The notes under the pieces are model-generated. The model was not told the DNA's origin, did no database searches, and saw only the letters and a program-made list of their open reading frames with translations. A stretch of DNA of 34,494 bases from a virus. Taxonomy: Duplodnaviria; Caudoviricetes. The DNA is taken from IMG/VR virus record IMGVR_UViG_3300044267_005908, positions 1 through 34,494 of that record. The stretch is one strand, 5' to 3'. The position numbers and the translations under genes are program-made. Positions 25,921 to 34,298 of the stretch are shown here, one piece after another; position 1 is the stretch's first letter, and the number at the start of each line of letters is the position of its first letter.

Positions 25921-27060
25921 TTATGCTGTTAAATCACCAATTATATCCCATTCATTAGTAGCTACTTTTTTACAACTTATAGCTGAAAATTGTCCTGATG
26001 CTGAAAATAATAAATGTCTTGAATTTACAGTTACACCATTACTTGCAGTTACCATTAAATGACCTGCACTAGATGTTTGGATAAATTCTATTTCTGTTCC
26101 TATATCAAACGCTACAGATGAATTTAATGGTATTGTTATAATATGAGAACCACATCTATTATAAGTTCCTGTAGATGCTGCTGTTAATGCTTGGTTTGAT
26201 GTTAATGTTACTATAGGTCTTGAACCTATAAATTTAGTTGATTCTAATTGGGCAAATGATCCTGTGCCTGTATTTGCTACAATATTACCTGTTGTAGATG
26301 TATTTCCTTCTATAACAGCTCCATTTACATTTAATAAATTACCATAAAGCGTGTTGCTTGAACTTATATGACCTGTTGATGTTATTGTTCCTGATGCTGT
26401 TACATTACCTGTAATATTAACCCCATCAGTAAAATTAATCCCATCAGTATCATTTCCTACTGAAGTAAAGTTATCTGCATATATGGTTCCACTTGCACTT
26501 ATTGTAGCTGCTGTAATATAGCCACTTGCACTTATATTATATGAAGCTGTTAAATGGCCATTAATAGTTGTAGAAGAAGCTATACCATTCCCCAAAATGG
26601 TTTTATCATTTATCTGAACATCTCCTGCAGTAAACATATGTCCTACTGCTGAGGAAGTACCAATATAATTTATTTGCTTCACTGCATCTCCTATATAAAT
26701 TTTATCTTTTGCACTAGCATCTAAATCACTTCCTGGATAAATAAATCTTACAGATTCATTAGAACCAGTGTATATATATAATCTATTTATATATAAAGAA
26801 CCACTTGAAATAGCTCCAGATGATGATATTATACCTGTTGCTGATATATTTCCTCCTGCTGTTATGTTTTGTGATACATCTGCGCTTCCTGTAAGATGGA
26901 AACTTCCTGTAATAGTATCACTTCCTGATAATATCATATTAGCTTCATTTGTATCTGCTAAAGTTCCCATTGAATCTATTAGATGTACAAAATGTTGTTC
27001 TGTTGGTATATCTCCTGTATTAAAATATGTTTTAAGTTGTGCTCTTGATTGTTTTGCCAT
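25921..27060 (-). CDS. Tail/collar fibre protein
   Basis: N-terminal LKTYFNTGDIPTEQHF..LIDS attachment motif, GNI[ST]A[ST]G shaft repeats, and a C-terminal ITIP...VAF.IGTEI...Q....GVT...KKVATNEW.IIGDL tip domain. Confidence 0.75.
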   Translation of the reverse strand: MAKQSRAQLKTYFNTGDIPTEQHFVHLIDSMGTLADTNEANMILSGSDTITGSFHLTGSADVSQNITAGGNISATGIISSSGAISSGSLYINRLYIYTGSNESVRFIYPGSDLDASAKDKIYIGDAVKQINYIGTSSAVGHMFTAGDVQINDKTILGNGIASSTTINGHLTASYNISASGYITAATISASGTIYADNFTSVGNDTDGINFTDGVNITGNVTASGTITSTGHISSSNTLYGNLLNVNGAVIEGNTSTTGNIVANTGTGSFAQLESTKFIGSRPIVTLTSNQALTAASTGTYNRCGSHIITIPLNSSVAFDIGTEIEFIQTSSAGHLMVTASNGVTVNSRHLLFSASGQFSAISCKKVATNEWDIIGDLTA

Positions 27061-27061
27061 T

Positions 27062-28060
27062 TTATGAAATTATTAAATTTTTACCTACTGCAGCATATCC
27101 TATTCCTTTTTCTACTACTTGTATGTTTTGCCCTAATGATCCTCTTATTTCTTCTCTAGTATGAAATACATCAGGGCCTGTTGATACTAATTCTTGACTA
27201 AATACTACTTTAGATTTACTATATGATTTTTTCTGTCCTGAAGTAGATATTTCTTTATTTAAACTTTCAGGTATTAAATATCCTTGAAGAACTAATCCAA
27301 AAGTAGTTTTTACAGTTCTATTCTCTCCTTGAGTTACTTCTGTTGTATTATTATACGTATCTATTCTAGCGTTAAATTGAAATCTTTCTTTATCTCCCCA
27401 ATAGCTATCTGAAGTATAATTAATCATTTCAACTAATTTATTCATCTGAGCTATATAATCTGTCCAAATAGTGCAAGTATATTGTATTTTAATAAAATCT
27501 GGTACTACTATTTTATACATTTCTGTTTGGGGTCTTCTTCCTTGTAGTATTGTAAAATTATCGTATAAATTTTCTCTAGTATATTTTGTTTGAAAAGTAT
27601 AATGTAATAATGGATTATTACCATCTAGTTTTTTTCCTAAATCTCTTCTTTTTTCCATACTATCTCTCTTAAACATAATAAGAGGGACTTGAATTTTACC
27701 TTCTTTATCTCTATAAAAACCGTCTTTTTGTACTCCTTTCCATCTTTCAGGTGATCCATATATTATAGGAACATTTGTTCTATTACCATTTATAATAACT
27801 GAAGGTTTTATTACATTATTAAAATAATACATTATAGCTTCATCATGGTCTTGTAATCCTATATCAAAAAATTTATATTTATCATCTTTTCTTGATATTT
27901 GTTCTCCCCTTAATAAACTTGGTCTAGTATCAGGACCTGGAAAATCTCCTTCAATTGATGGAAAACCAGGTTTAAAGTTAGCCTTTAGATTTTCTCTTAA
28001 TCTATTATACTTCCCTTGTGGGATAGGTCTTCTTGGGTTTATTTCTTTATTATCTAACAT
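27062..28060 (-). CDS. Tail sheath stabiliser/terminator (gp15-like)
   Basis: VPIIYGSPERW, QVPLIMFKR, VPD...I.Y...IWT....QMN.LVE and TTFGL.LQGYL. It follows the neck genes. Confidence 0.75.
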   Translation of the reverse strand: MLDNKEINPRRPIPQGKYNRLRENLKANFKPGFPSIEGDFPGPDTRPSLLRGEQISRKDDKYKFFDIGLQDHDEAIMYYFNNVIKPSVIINGNRTNVPIIYGSPERWKGVQKDGFYRDKEGKIQVPLIMFKRDSMEKRRDLGKKLDGNNPLLHYTFQTKYTRENLYDNFTILQGRRPQTEMYKIVVPDFIKIQYTCTIWTDYIAQMNKLVEMINYTSDSYWGDKERFQFNARIDTYNNTTEVTQGENRTVKTTFGLVLQGYLIPESLNKEISTSGQKKSYSKSKVVFSQELVSTGPDVFHTREEIRGSLGQNIQVVEKGIGYAAVGKNLIIS

Positions 28061-28069
28061 TTATTATAC

Positions 28070-28609
28070 TTATTCATTTGCAATCCCCCCATCTAATTTT
28101 TCAGTAGTAGGATATGTTCCTGATCTTAAAGGTATTAAATTTAATTTTTCAACTCTTGATATATGGGTACTTAGTAATATAGAAAAGCTTTCTCCAAAAT
28201 CTGTTGTTTCTGTTGATATAGCATAGTCTTTATCTTTACCTAATATTAATTGGTTTTCAATTCTTCCATCTACTTCGTAAAAGTTATTTCTAAATAACAA
28301 TAAATCACCTACTTCTGGTACTAAATTTATAGTTATAAGTTCATCTTTTAAAAATCTAAAATTAACTATTTGGTTTACATCAGAACCAAAGTCATCAGAT
28401 GACCATGATTGGTCTGTTCTTTCAATTAAACATGCTATCTTTAATGGCTCATAATAATTTTTACCAGGAGCTTCACCATAAACATTTACTTTTGTTACTT
28501 CTAAAGCAAATTTATAGTAGGCTACTTCTGTTTGTATGATGTCTTTTATTAGTTCACCACTTACAGTTTGAAATAATGATATGTCTCTTGTTCCTCCAAA
28601 TAAAGCCAT
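28070..28609 (-). CDS. Neck / head-closure protein (gp14-like)
   Basis: NVYGEA, DDFG.D and PEVGDLL....NFYEV, positioned between the gp13-like and gp15-like genes. Confidence 0.7.
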   Translation of the reverse strand: MALFGGTRDISLFQTVSGELIKDIIQTEVAYYKFALEVTKVNVYGEAPGKNYYEPLKIACLIERTDQSWSSDDFGSDVNQIVNFRFLKDELITINLVPEVGDLLLFRNNFYEVDGRIENQLILGKDKDYAISTETTDFGESFSILLSTHISRVEKLNLIPLRSGTYPTTEKLDGGIANE

Positions 28610-28947
28610 TATAATTTATTTAATGTTCCTTTTCTAATTTTCATTGATCTTATTCCTTGTATTCTTATATTATCTTCATCATTTTGAGCTAATGCTCCGT
28701 CTAAAATATTTTGTAACATTTTATCTGCTTCTCCTCTTGTTACAAATTTCATTCTAATTCTAATATATTCATATTCTTTTTCTTGAGAATATCCTTCAGG
28801 AGTAATAATAGATACAATTGTTACTCCTTCTAAAGCTCTTATTTCATTTAACACATCATAAGTGTTAACTTTTCTATCTATAAATAAATCAAATTCTATA
28901 CTGTAATTATTTAAAACTTCTAATAATATTTTTTTTAAACTAATCAT
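28609..28947 (-). CDS. Hypothetical head-associated protein
   Basis: Coupled by TAATG overlaps on both sides. N-terminus MISLKKILLE; DVLNEIRALEGVTIV suggests a ferredoxin/ACT-like fold. Confidence 0.65.
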   Translation of the reverse strand: MISLKKILLEVLNNYSIEFDLFIDRKVNTYDVLNEIRALEGVTIVSIITPEGYSQEKEYEYIRIRMKFVTRGEADKMLQNILDGALAQNDEDNIRIQGIRSMKIRKGTLNKL

Positions 28948-30536
28948 TAATGTATATAAATTTGATATGGATTATCTGCAGAATATAAAGCTTGTTGTTG
29001 TTCACTTTCTTGTGTACTTCTTTCTTTTTGTCTAAGAGTAGTTGTTGCATCTAAATCTTCTCTTAGTTGTTCTATTAATGCTGTTTTTTCAGCTTGTGCT
29101 TCACTTAATAATCTTGAATAATCTAATGTTGTTTCTGCTCCTGGAATTGGTAATGCTTGGTATTTTCCTCTTATACCACCTAACATTTCTTTACATAAAG
29201 CTAACGCATATCTTCTAATCCATTGTCTTCCTAAATCATTTATATATGCATAAGTAGGATTAGTATATGGGGCATTTGAAATGTCTGTAACTAATCCTGT
29301 ATCCTTTTCTTCTTCTTCTCCTGTAGGTCCTATTGTAGTTGCAGGGGATGTAGCAGAATCTGCCATTGTATATTCAAACCATAAAGTATAATCCCTATCA
29401 GGAATAGGGAATAATCTTAAAAATTGGCCTGCATTTAAATCAAAATGATAGGCTGATTTTCTTATTTGGTCATTAAATTCAATTGCTTGTAATTTTAAAA
29501 CATCAAAATAAATAGGCATTAACATAAAGTTTACACCAGGTGAATAATTACCAAATCCAAAAGACTGCATTAAAGATTGAATTCCTGTACCAGTACCTGC
29601 ATAAGGATCAAAATATCTATTAATTGCTGCTGGTGCATGATGGTATATTTTTTTTACTTTTATTTTTTTATTACCTGCTTGAATTGCAGATCCTGAACTT
29701 TCAAATGATAATCCTGAAGATCCTCCTGTAAATTGATTACCTATTACGATATCATTAGGATCTTCTGAAGTATCTATATTGCTAATTACTATAGTTGAAT
29801 TACCTCCATCACCTTCTGTACTTTGTCTTAAGTTTACTGTAGTACTAGTGTCAAAATTTTCTAAACTAGCACTAATAGCTATAGAAGAAGATGCTACAGC
29901 TGATGCAAATCTTTTTGCTATGTCATTTGCTGAAGATCCTGTTTCAAATTGTCCTGCACTAGAAGATACAAAAAATAAACTAGAGGATGCAGGAGTAGCC
30001 ATAAATTTTATAGTTTTCCCTGCAGTATCTGTTAACTGAATAGATGAAGATACTTCAAGAGAAGAAGTATTAAAAGCAACAGAACCTGTAGCCATCCTAG
30101 GTGAAGATGATAGTAAATTGTATTTTTGTATTCCTGCTTTTACTTCTAATGAAGCTGAATATAATCTTTGATCTGATAAATTATATGAAGTTCCTGAACC
30201 TTGTAATGTATTACCTGAATTATCTGCATAATTTTCTGATAGTTCAATGTAATTTAAAGCAGAAGATGTAGCTTTTCCTACAATATCAGCCATATTATTT
30301 ATAACTTGATATGTGTATACTTGATGACCATATTCTGTTACAGCTTCTTCAAAAGCTGTAAAAAAATTAACATCTTGTAATTCTATATCTACAAGGGGAT
30401 AACCTAGTCTTTGTGCACACCATTTAGCTACTTTAGGTGCATCTTCTTGAAAACTTGTTTCACTATCATAAAATCCAAATGGGGTAGCACCTGCAGAAAA
30501 TGATGCGGTCCCTGTCCAAATAGGTATCTTTGCCAT
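28947..30536 (-). CDS. Neck / head-tail adaptor protein (gp13-like) with a Ser-rich insertion
   Basis: RLGYPLVDIEL, FEEAV.EY, LRLFPIP, and WIRRYALALCKEMLG.IRGKY...PIPG..TTL....L.SEA..EK..L.E.L. Confidence 0.8.
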   Translation of the reverse strand: MAKIPIWTGTASFSAGATPFGFYDSETSFQEDAPKVAKWCAQRLGYPLVDIELQDVNFFTAFEEAVTEYGHQVYTYQVINNMADIVGKATSSALNYIELSENYADNSGNTLQGSGTSYNLSDQRLYSASLEVKAGIQKYNLLSSSPRMATGSVAFNTSSLEVSSSIQLTDTAGKTIKFMATPASSSLFFVSSSAGQFETGSSANDIAKRFASAVASSSIAISASLENFDTSTTVNLRQSTEGDGGNSTIVISNIDTSEDPNDIVIGNQFTGGSSGLSFESSGSAIQAGNKKIKVKKIYHHAPAAINRYFDPYAGTGTGIQSLMQSFGFGNYSPGVNFMLMPIYFDVLKLQAIEFNDQIRKSAYHFDLNAGQFLRLFPIPDRDYTLWFEYTMADSATSPATTIGPTGEEEEKDTGLVTDISNAPYTNPTYAYINDLGRQWIRRYALALCKEMLGGIRGKYQALPIPGAETTLDYSRLLSEAQAEKTALIEQLREDLDATTTLRQKERSTQESEQQQALYSADNPYQIYIH

Positions 30537-30567
30537 CTTTTTTTATATTTAAATTTGATTATTCGTG

Positions 30568-30576
30568 TATAAATAT
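30568..30576 (-). promoter_or_regulatory. ATAT[T/G]TAT putative late promoter (neck operon)
   Basis: Minus strand ATATTTATA in the phoH-neck gap. Confidence 0.6.
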
Positions 30577-30593
30577 GAAAAAAATACGAAAAA

Positions 30594-31259
30594 TTAATGA
30601 TACCCGTTCAATAATTCTAATAAATCTTCTATTGCATCATGTCTATGGCTATCTTGTAACAAAGCTTTAAATACATATTTAGAAGAAATTAATTTAGCCA
30701 TATCATGATAGGCTGAATGGTTTTTGTCTTTTAAATCTATTTGATATGAATCTCCACAAAATATCATTTTAGAATCACGACCTAATCTACCAATAGCCAT
30801 TGCTAATTGAGGTCTTGTTAGATTTTGAAATTCATCTACAATTACTACTGCATTATCAAATGTTCTACCTCTAAAATGTGCTAATGAACATAATTCAATT
30901 TGTTCGGAACTTTCCATTTTTTCTAATATAGGAGGTTTATTATAAATTTTTCTCATATTAGATCGAATAGGTACTAACCATGGTTCCATTTTTTCTCTTT
31001 CTGAACCTGGCAAAAATCCATTATCTTCTGTAGATACAGTAGGTCTTGTGATTATAATTTTATTAAATTCTCTTTTAAAAAATTGGTCTAAAGCAACTTG
31101 AACTGCTAATAATGTTTTACCACTACCTGCTCTACCTACAATAAAATTAAAAGGGTGTTTTAATATTTCAGTTTTTGCTTTTTTTTGTTCTTGTGATAAA
31201 GTTAATGAAAATTTAACAGAACCTTTTGGTGGTTTTTTGTCTTTATTTTGTTTAGTCAT
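30594..31259 (-). CDS. phoH: PhoH-like ATPase
   Basis: Walker A GRAGSGKT, IIITRP, GFLPG...EKM.PW, FRGRTF, Walker B VIVDEFQN, RLG, GD..Q.DL and RH. Confidence 0.95.
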   Translation of the reverse strand: MTKQNKDKKPPKGSVKFSLTLSQEQKKAKTEILKHPFNFIVGRAGSGKTLLAVQVALDQFFKREFNKIIITRPTVSTEDNGFLPGSEREKMEPWLVPIRSNMRKIYNKPPILEKMESSEQIELCSLAHFRGRTFDNAVVIVDEFQNLTRPQLAMAIGRLGRDSKMIFCGDSYQIDLKDKNHSAYHDMAKLISSKYVFKALLQDSHRHDAIEDLLELLNGYH

Positions 31260-31276
31260 ATAATATAACGTTTAAT

Positions 31277-31285
31277 AATACATAT
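31277..31285 (-). promoter_or_regulatory. ATAT[T/G]TAT putative late promoter (phoH)
   Basis: Minus strand ATATGTATT directly after the MCP terminator. Confidence 0.5.
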
Positions 31286-31314
31286 AAAAAAAAGAGCCGC
31301 TATTGCGGCTCTTT
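31286..31314 (-). terminator. Intrinsic terminator after the major capsid gene
   Basis: Minus strand AAAGAGCCGC-AATA-GCGGCTC followed by T8. Confidence 0.85.
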
Positions 31315-31339
31315 CTAAAGATATAATTAAACTAAACTA

Positions 31340-33046
31340 CTATACTTCGTCTAATTCAGAAATTATTACTTTACCATAGAAATCAGGTCGTACCATTTTC
31401 TTAGCATATCTAGTCATGATACCTTTTCTAGGTGTAAATGATACTGGATCATACACTAGAGGTGTCATAATTAAAGGTATGTAAGGAGCAAATACTGCAC
31501 CTGTTTCAAGGAATTGGCTACCTTTGTAACCCATTAATATGATATTTTCAGTCATATATGGATTTTTATAAACAGTATATCTGTTATTGATAGCTCCAAC
31601 TTTTTGTACACCCATGTTATACTTGTCTTCGTCTCCTGCAGAATCAGCAGCAAATCCTGGGATTGATTCTAATACTGTAGAGATTTTAGGTCCGCATACC
31701 ATCCAGTTAGCACCACCTCGTAGTGTTTTCTGGTGAATTAGGTTAGAAACTTTCTGTAATTTAATACCTAAAGTTTGGAACCAAGACATTTTAGTATAGT
31801 AAACATTTGTTGTATCTGTTGCTTGTGAAACGGTTACAGCTGTAGTACCACCAGCAGTATGATTACTGCTTACAGTAGCGTTTGTAGCTACTTTTGCACT
31901 CCATGCTTCAACTGTGTCAGCATTCTTGATTAACATGTCTAAGATTTCTAAGTCAATTTCCATTGAAATATATTCACTTAAGATTGAAGTCAATTCTGCT
32001 TCAGCGTCAATTGAATGATAAGCATTCAGGTCTTGAGCGAACTCAGGAGTCCATTGTGCTTTCAATTTACGTGTTTTAGCAGCAACTGTTTCACTTCTCA
32101 TTTGAACATTAATTTCTGGGATAACTTGAGTTGAGGTTGAAGCCGCAGGAATTGAATCCTCGAAGTCGCCTCTATTATTTAAGTTATCTGGTCCTTTTAA
32201 GAATGATACTGTTAAAGTACCTAATGCAGTGTCAGCAGCTGCTGATACTACAAATTCTACATTGTCTCCATTTACTCTTGTAAATGCAGGGAAAGATCCA
32301 GAAATATTACTCGCACCTGATACTTCAAACCCTCTAACAGCTTCTAAGTCTGCGTTAGTTAAGTCTTGAGAACGTACTTTCAGAGTTTTTACAACTGAAG
32401 TAGCTCCTACAGTCCCATTAAACTGACCAGCATAAGATTGTGAAAATTCAGAATCAGCATTGATGATACCACCGAAATCAGCAGATGCTGTAGCATATTG
32501 GTTTTCACCTAATGCACTATTATAAGTTACATCTTGAGTACTTTGTGAGATTGAGTAACCAAATTCCCCAGCACCATAAAGACCTTTATCGAATCCACTA
32601 TCAGTTCTTTTAAGATCTGAAGTAGCACCATATAAAGATTCGTCTGCTGCTTTGAAGTTTTGTGCTCCTGTCCCATATTGGAAGTCAAGATAAAATATTA
32701 AACCTGCTGGTAAATTCATTGGTTGAACTGAAATTAAGTCCTTTGCAACGATTTCGCCAAATACTCTTCGTACTAATGGAAGAGCAACACCAGCCCATGC
32801 TTCACCTGCATTACCAGATACACTAGTAGCAGTTCCCAAACCTGAAGCAGGAGTAGTAGAGGAAGCCTCATTTACTAATTGCTTAGCTTGGTTTTCTAAA
32901 AGAATGGCCATGTTGTTTTTTTCTGTCGAAGAACTAATTCCCTCTAATAAACCTGACTTACCCCATTTGCCGGCTAATTTACCTGCTTGGTTTTGTAGAT
33001 TTTTATAAGGGTTAGCACCTTCTAATAATTGATTAATTGCGCCCAT
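31340..33046 (-). CDS. gp23: Major capsid protein (T4 gp23-like)
   Basis: MAILLENQ, LPLVRRVF, VQPM..PAGLIFYL, AKTRKLKAQWTPEFAQDL.AYH.IDAEAEL, EIDLEI, TLRGGANW, GYKGS..LETG..FAPYIPL and SFTPRKGIMTRY. Confidence 0.95.
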   Translation of the reverse strand: MGAINQLLEGANPYKNLQNQAGKLAGKWGKSGLLEGISSSTEKNNMAILLENQAKQLVNEASSTTPASGLGTATSVSGNAGEAWAGVALPLVRRVFGEIVAKDLISVQPMNLPAGLIFYLDFQYGTGAQNFKAADESLYGATSDLKRTDSGFDKGLYGAGEFGYSISQSTQDVTYNSALGENQYATASADFGGIINADSEFSQSYAGQFNGTVGATSVVKTLKVRSQDLTNADLEAVRGFEVSGASNISGSFPAFTRVNGDNVEFVVSAAADTALGTLTVSFLKGPDNLNNRGDFEDSIPAASTSTQVIPEINVQMRSETVAAKTRKLKAQWTPEFAQDLNAYHSIDAEAELTSILSEYISMEIDLEILDMLIKNADTVEAWSAKVATNATVSSNHTAGGTTAVTVSQATDTTNVYYTKMSWFQTLGIKLQKVSNLIHQKTLRGGANWMVCGPKISTVLESIPGFAADSAGDEDKYNMGVQKVGAINNRYTVYKNPYMTENIILMGYKGSQFLETGAVFAPYIPLIMTPLVYDPVSFTPRKGIMTRYAKKMVRPDFYGKVIISELDEV

Positions 33047-33070
33047 TTTTTATTACAATTTTTAAAGTTA

Positions 33071-34168
33071 TTATTCATTAATTTTAATATTCGCTAATTT
33101 TTGAAAACGATTTACTAAATTATCAGATTCAGAAATAATTGCTCTTTTAGGTGCTGTTTTTTTCGTTCTCGACGTACCAGCAGCTTTTGAAGCCATTCCT
33201 CTAAAACTTTCTTTTATAGTTTTTTTCGTTTGTGTTTTTTTAGATACTTTCTTTGATTTAGCAACATTAAAAGTATCTTTGATTGTTTCATATATTAATT
33301 TAGCTTCTTTAGCGCTGTCAGCTTTGTCTAATGTTTCAACTACACGTAGTTTCTGTCCATCATCTAACTGATTTGCTTTAAAAATTCGATTAACATACAA
33401 TAATTTAGAATTTAAAAGGTTTACTTCACTAAGTTCATTTTTAACTTTATTATAAGCATTTTGTACTTCATTAAGTTTACCTGTAAGTTCTTGGGTTTTT
33501 TCTTTACATCCTGTTTCCATCATTGGGACATTACGTCCGGGCCTAACGGCTTTTCTTCGTGGTTTAACAGCTTTTTTACCTGCTGTAGTCTTTATTCCTC
33601 TTTGTTTAGGATTAAATCCTCTTTTAGGTCGATGTACTTTTCTACCCATAGGAGCTTGTTCATCTAAATCATTAATTTCTTTAAGAAGAGAATCTAAATC
33701 AAATTCTTCACCTTCATTTACATATTCAGCTTTATAACGGTGATCCATTGCACCACCATCTTCATTTCCTGCTTTGTAATGAGGTCTCATTTCATCTAAT
33801 TGTTCTCCTTTGTCATCGTCATCAGCATCTTTTGCTTCGTCGACAACTTCTTCGTCATCAGCTTCTTTGCCTTCTTCTAATTCTAATTCGTTCAGAATTT
33901 CTTCCAAATCAATTTCTTCATCCATAGAATCTTCTTCTCCTCCTTCATCTTCATCATAATGCATACCTCCCATTTCACCTAATTCAAGATCTTGATCATC
34001 TTCATCATAATATTCTTCATCTAGATCTTCTTGTAGTTTAGCAGATAGCATGTTTTGGAGTTTTGGAGTAAAAGCTTCTTCTAATGCCGCTTTTGCATTT
34101 GCAAGAGCAACTTCACGAACAGCTTTAGCGTCGGCAATAGCCTCTTTTAAAATGTTTCCTTTTGCCAT
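33071..34168 (-). CDS. Prohead core scaffold protein
   Basis: Directly upstream of the MCP. Very acidic, with a coiled coil and numerous [LIV]-x-E sites of the kind cut by T4 gp21. It ends RFQKLANIKINE. Confidence 0.8.
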   Translation of the reverse strand: MAKGNILKEAIADAKAVREVALANAKAALEEAFTPKLQNMLSAKLQEDLDEEYYDEDDQDLELGEMGGMHYDEDEGGEEDSMDEEIDLEEILNELELEEGKEADDEEVVDEAKDADDDDKGEQLDEMRPHYKAGNEDGGAMDHRYKAEYVNEGEEFDLDSLLKEINDLDEQAPMGRKVHRPKRGFNPKQRGIKTTAGKKAVKPRRKAVRPGRNVPMMETGCKEKTQELTGKLNEVQNAYNKVKNELSEVNLLNSKLLYVNRIFKANQLDDGQKLRVVETLDKADSAKEAKLIYETIKDTFNVAKSKKVSKKTQTKKTIKESFRGMASKAAGTSRTKKTAPKRAIISESDNLVNRFQKLANIKINE

Positions 34169-34187
34169 TTTATTAAAAGTGTTTTTT

Positions 34188-34288
34188 CTCTTTCGAGTTT
34201 CGTTAATATAATTGTACGAAAAGTAAGGTTATTAAGAACCTTAATAAGGGTTAATATCTAATCAGGGACGTCTTATTAGGAAGATCGT
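34188..34288 (-). promoter_or_regulatory. Structured 5' leader (four hairpins) of the scaffold-capsid operon
   Basis: Inverted repeats at 34268-34288, 34224-34243, 34198-34221 and 34188-34197 (CTC-GAAA-GAG). Confidence 0.55.
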
Positions 34289-34298
34289 ATGTTACTCT

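Noticed and set aside
4462-33667. All other plus-strand ORFs (4462, 9036, 13386, 14226, 16741, 20481, 23786, 25737, 26768, 29779, 33461)
   Set aside because: Each is antisense to a well-supported minus-strand gene, and their composition is what the reverse of those codons gives.
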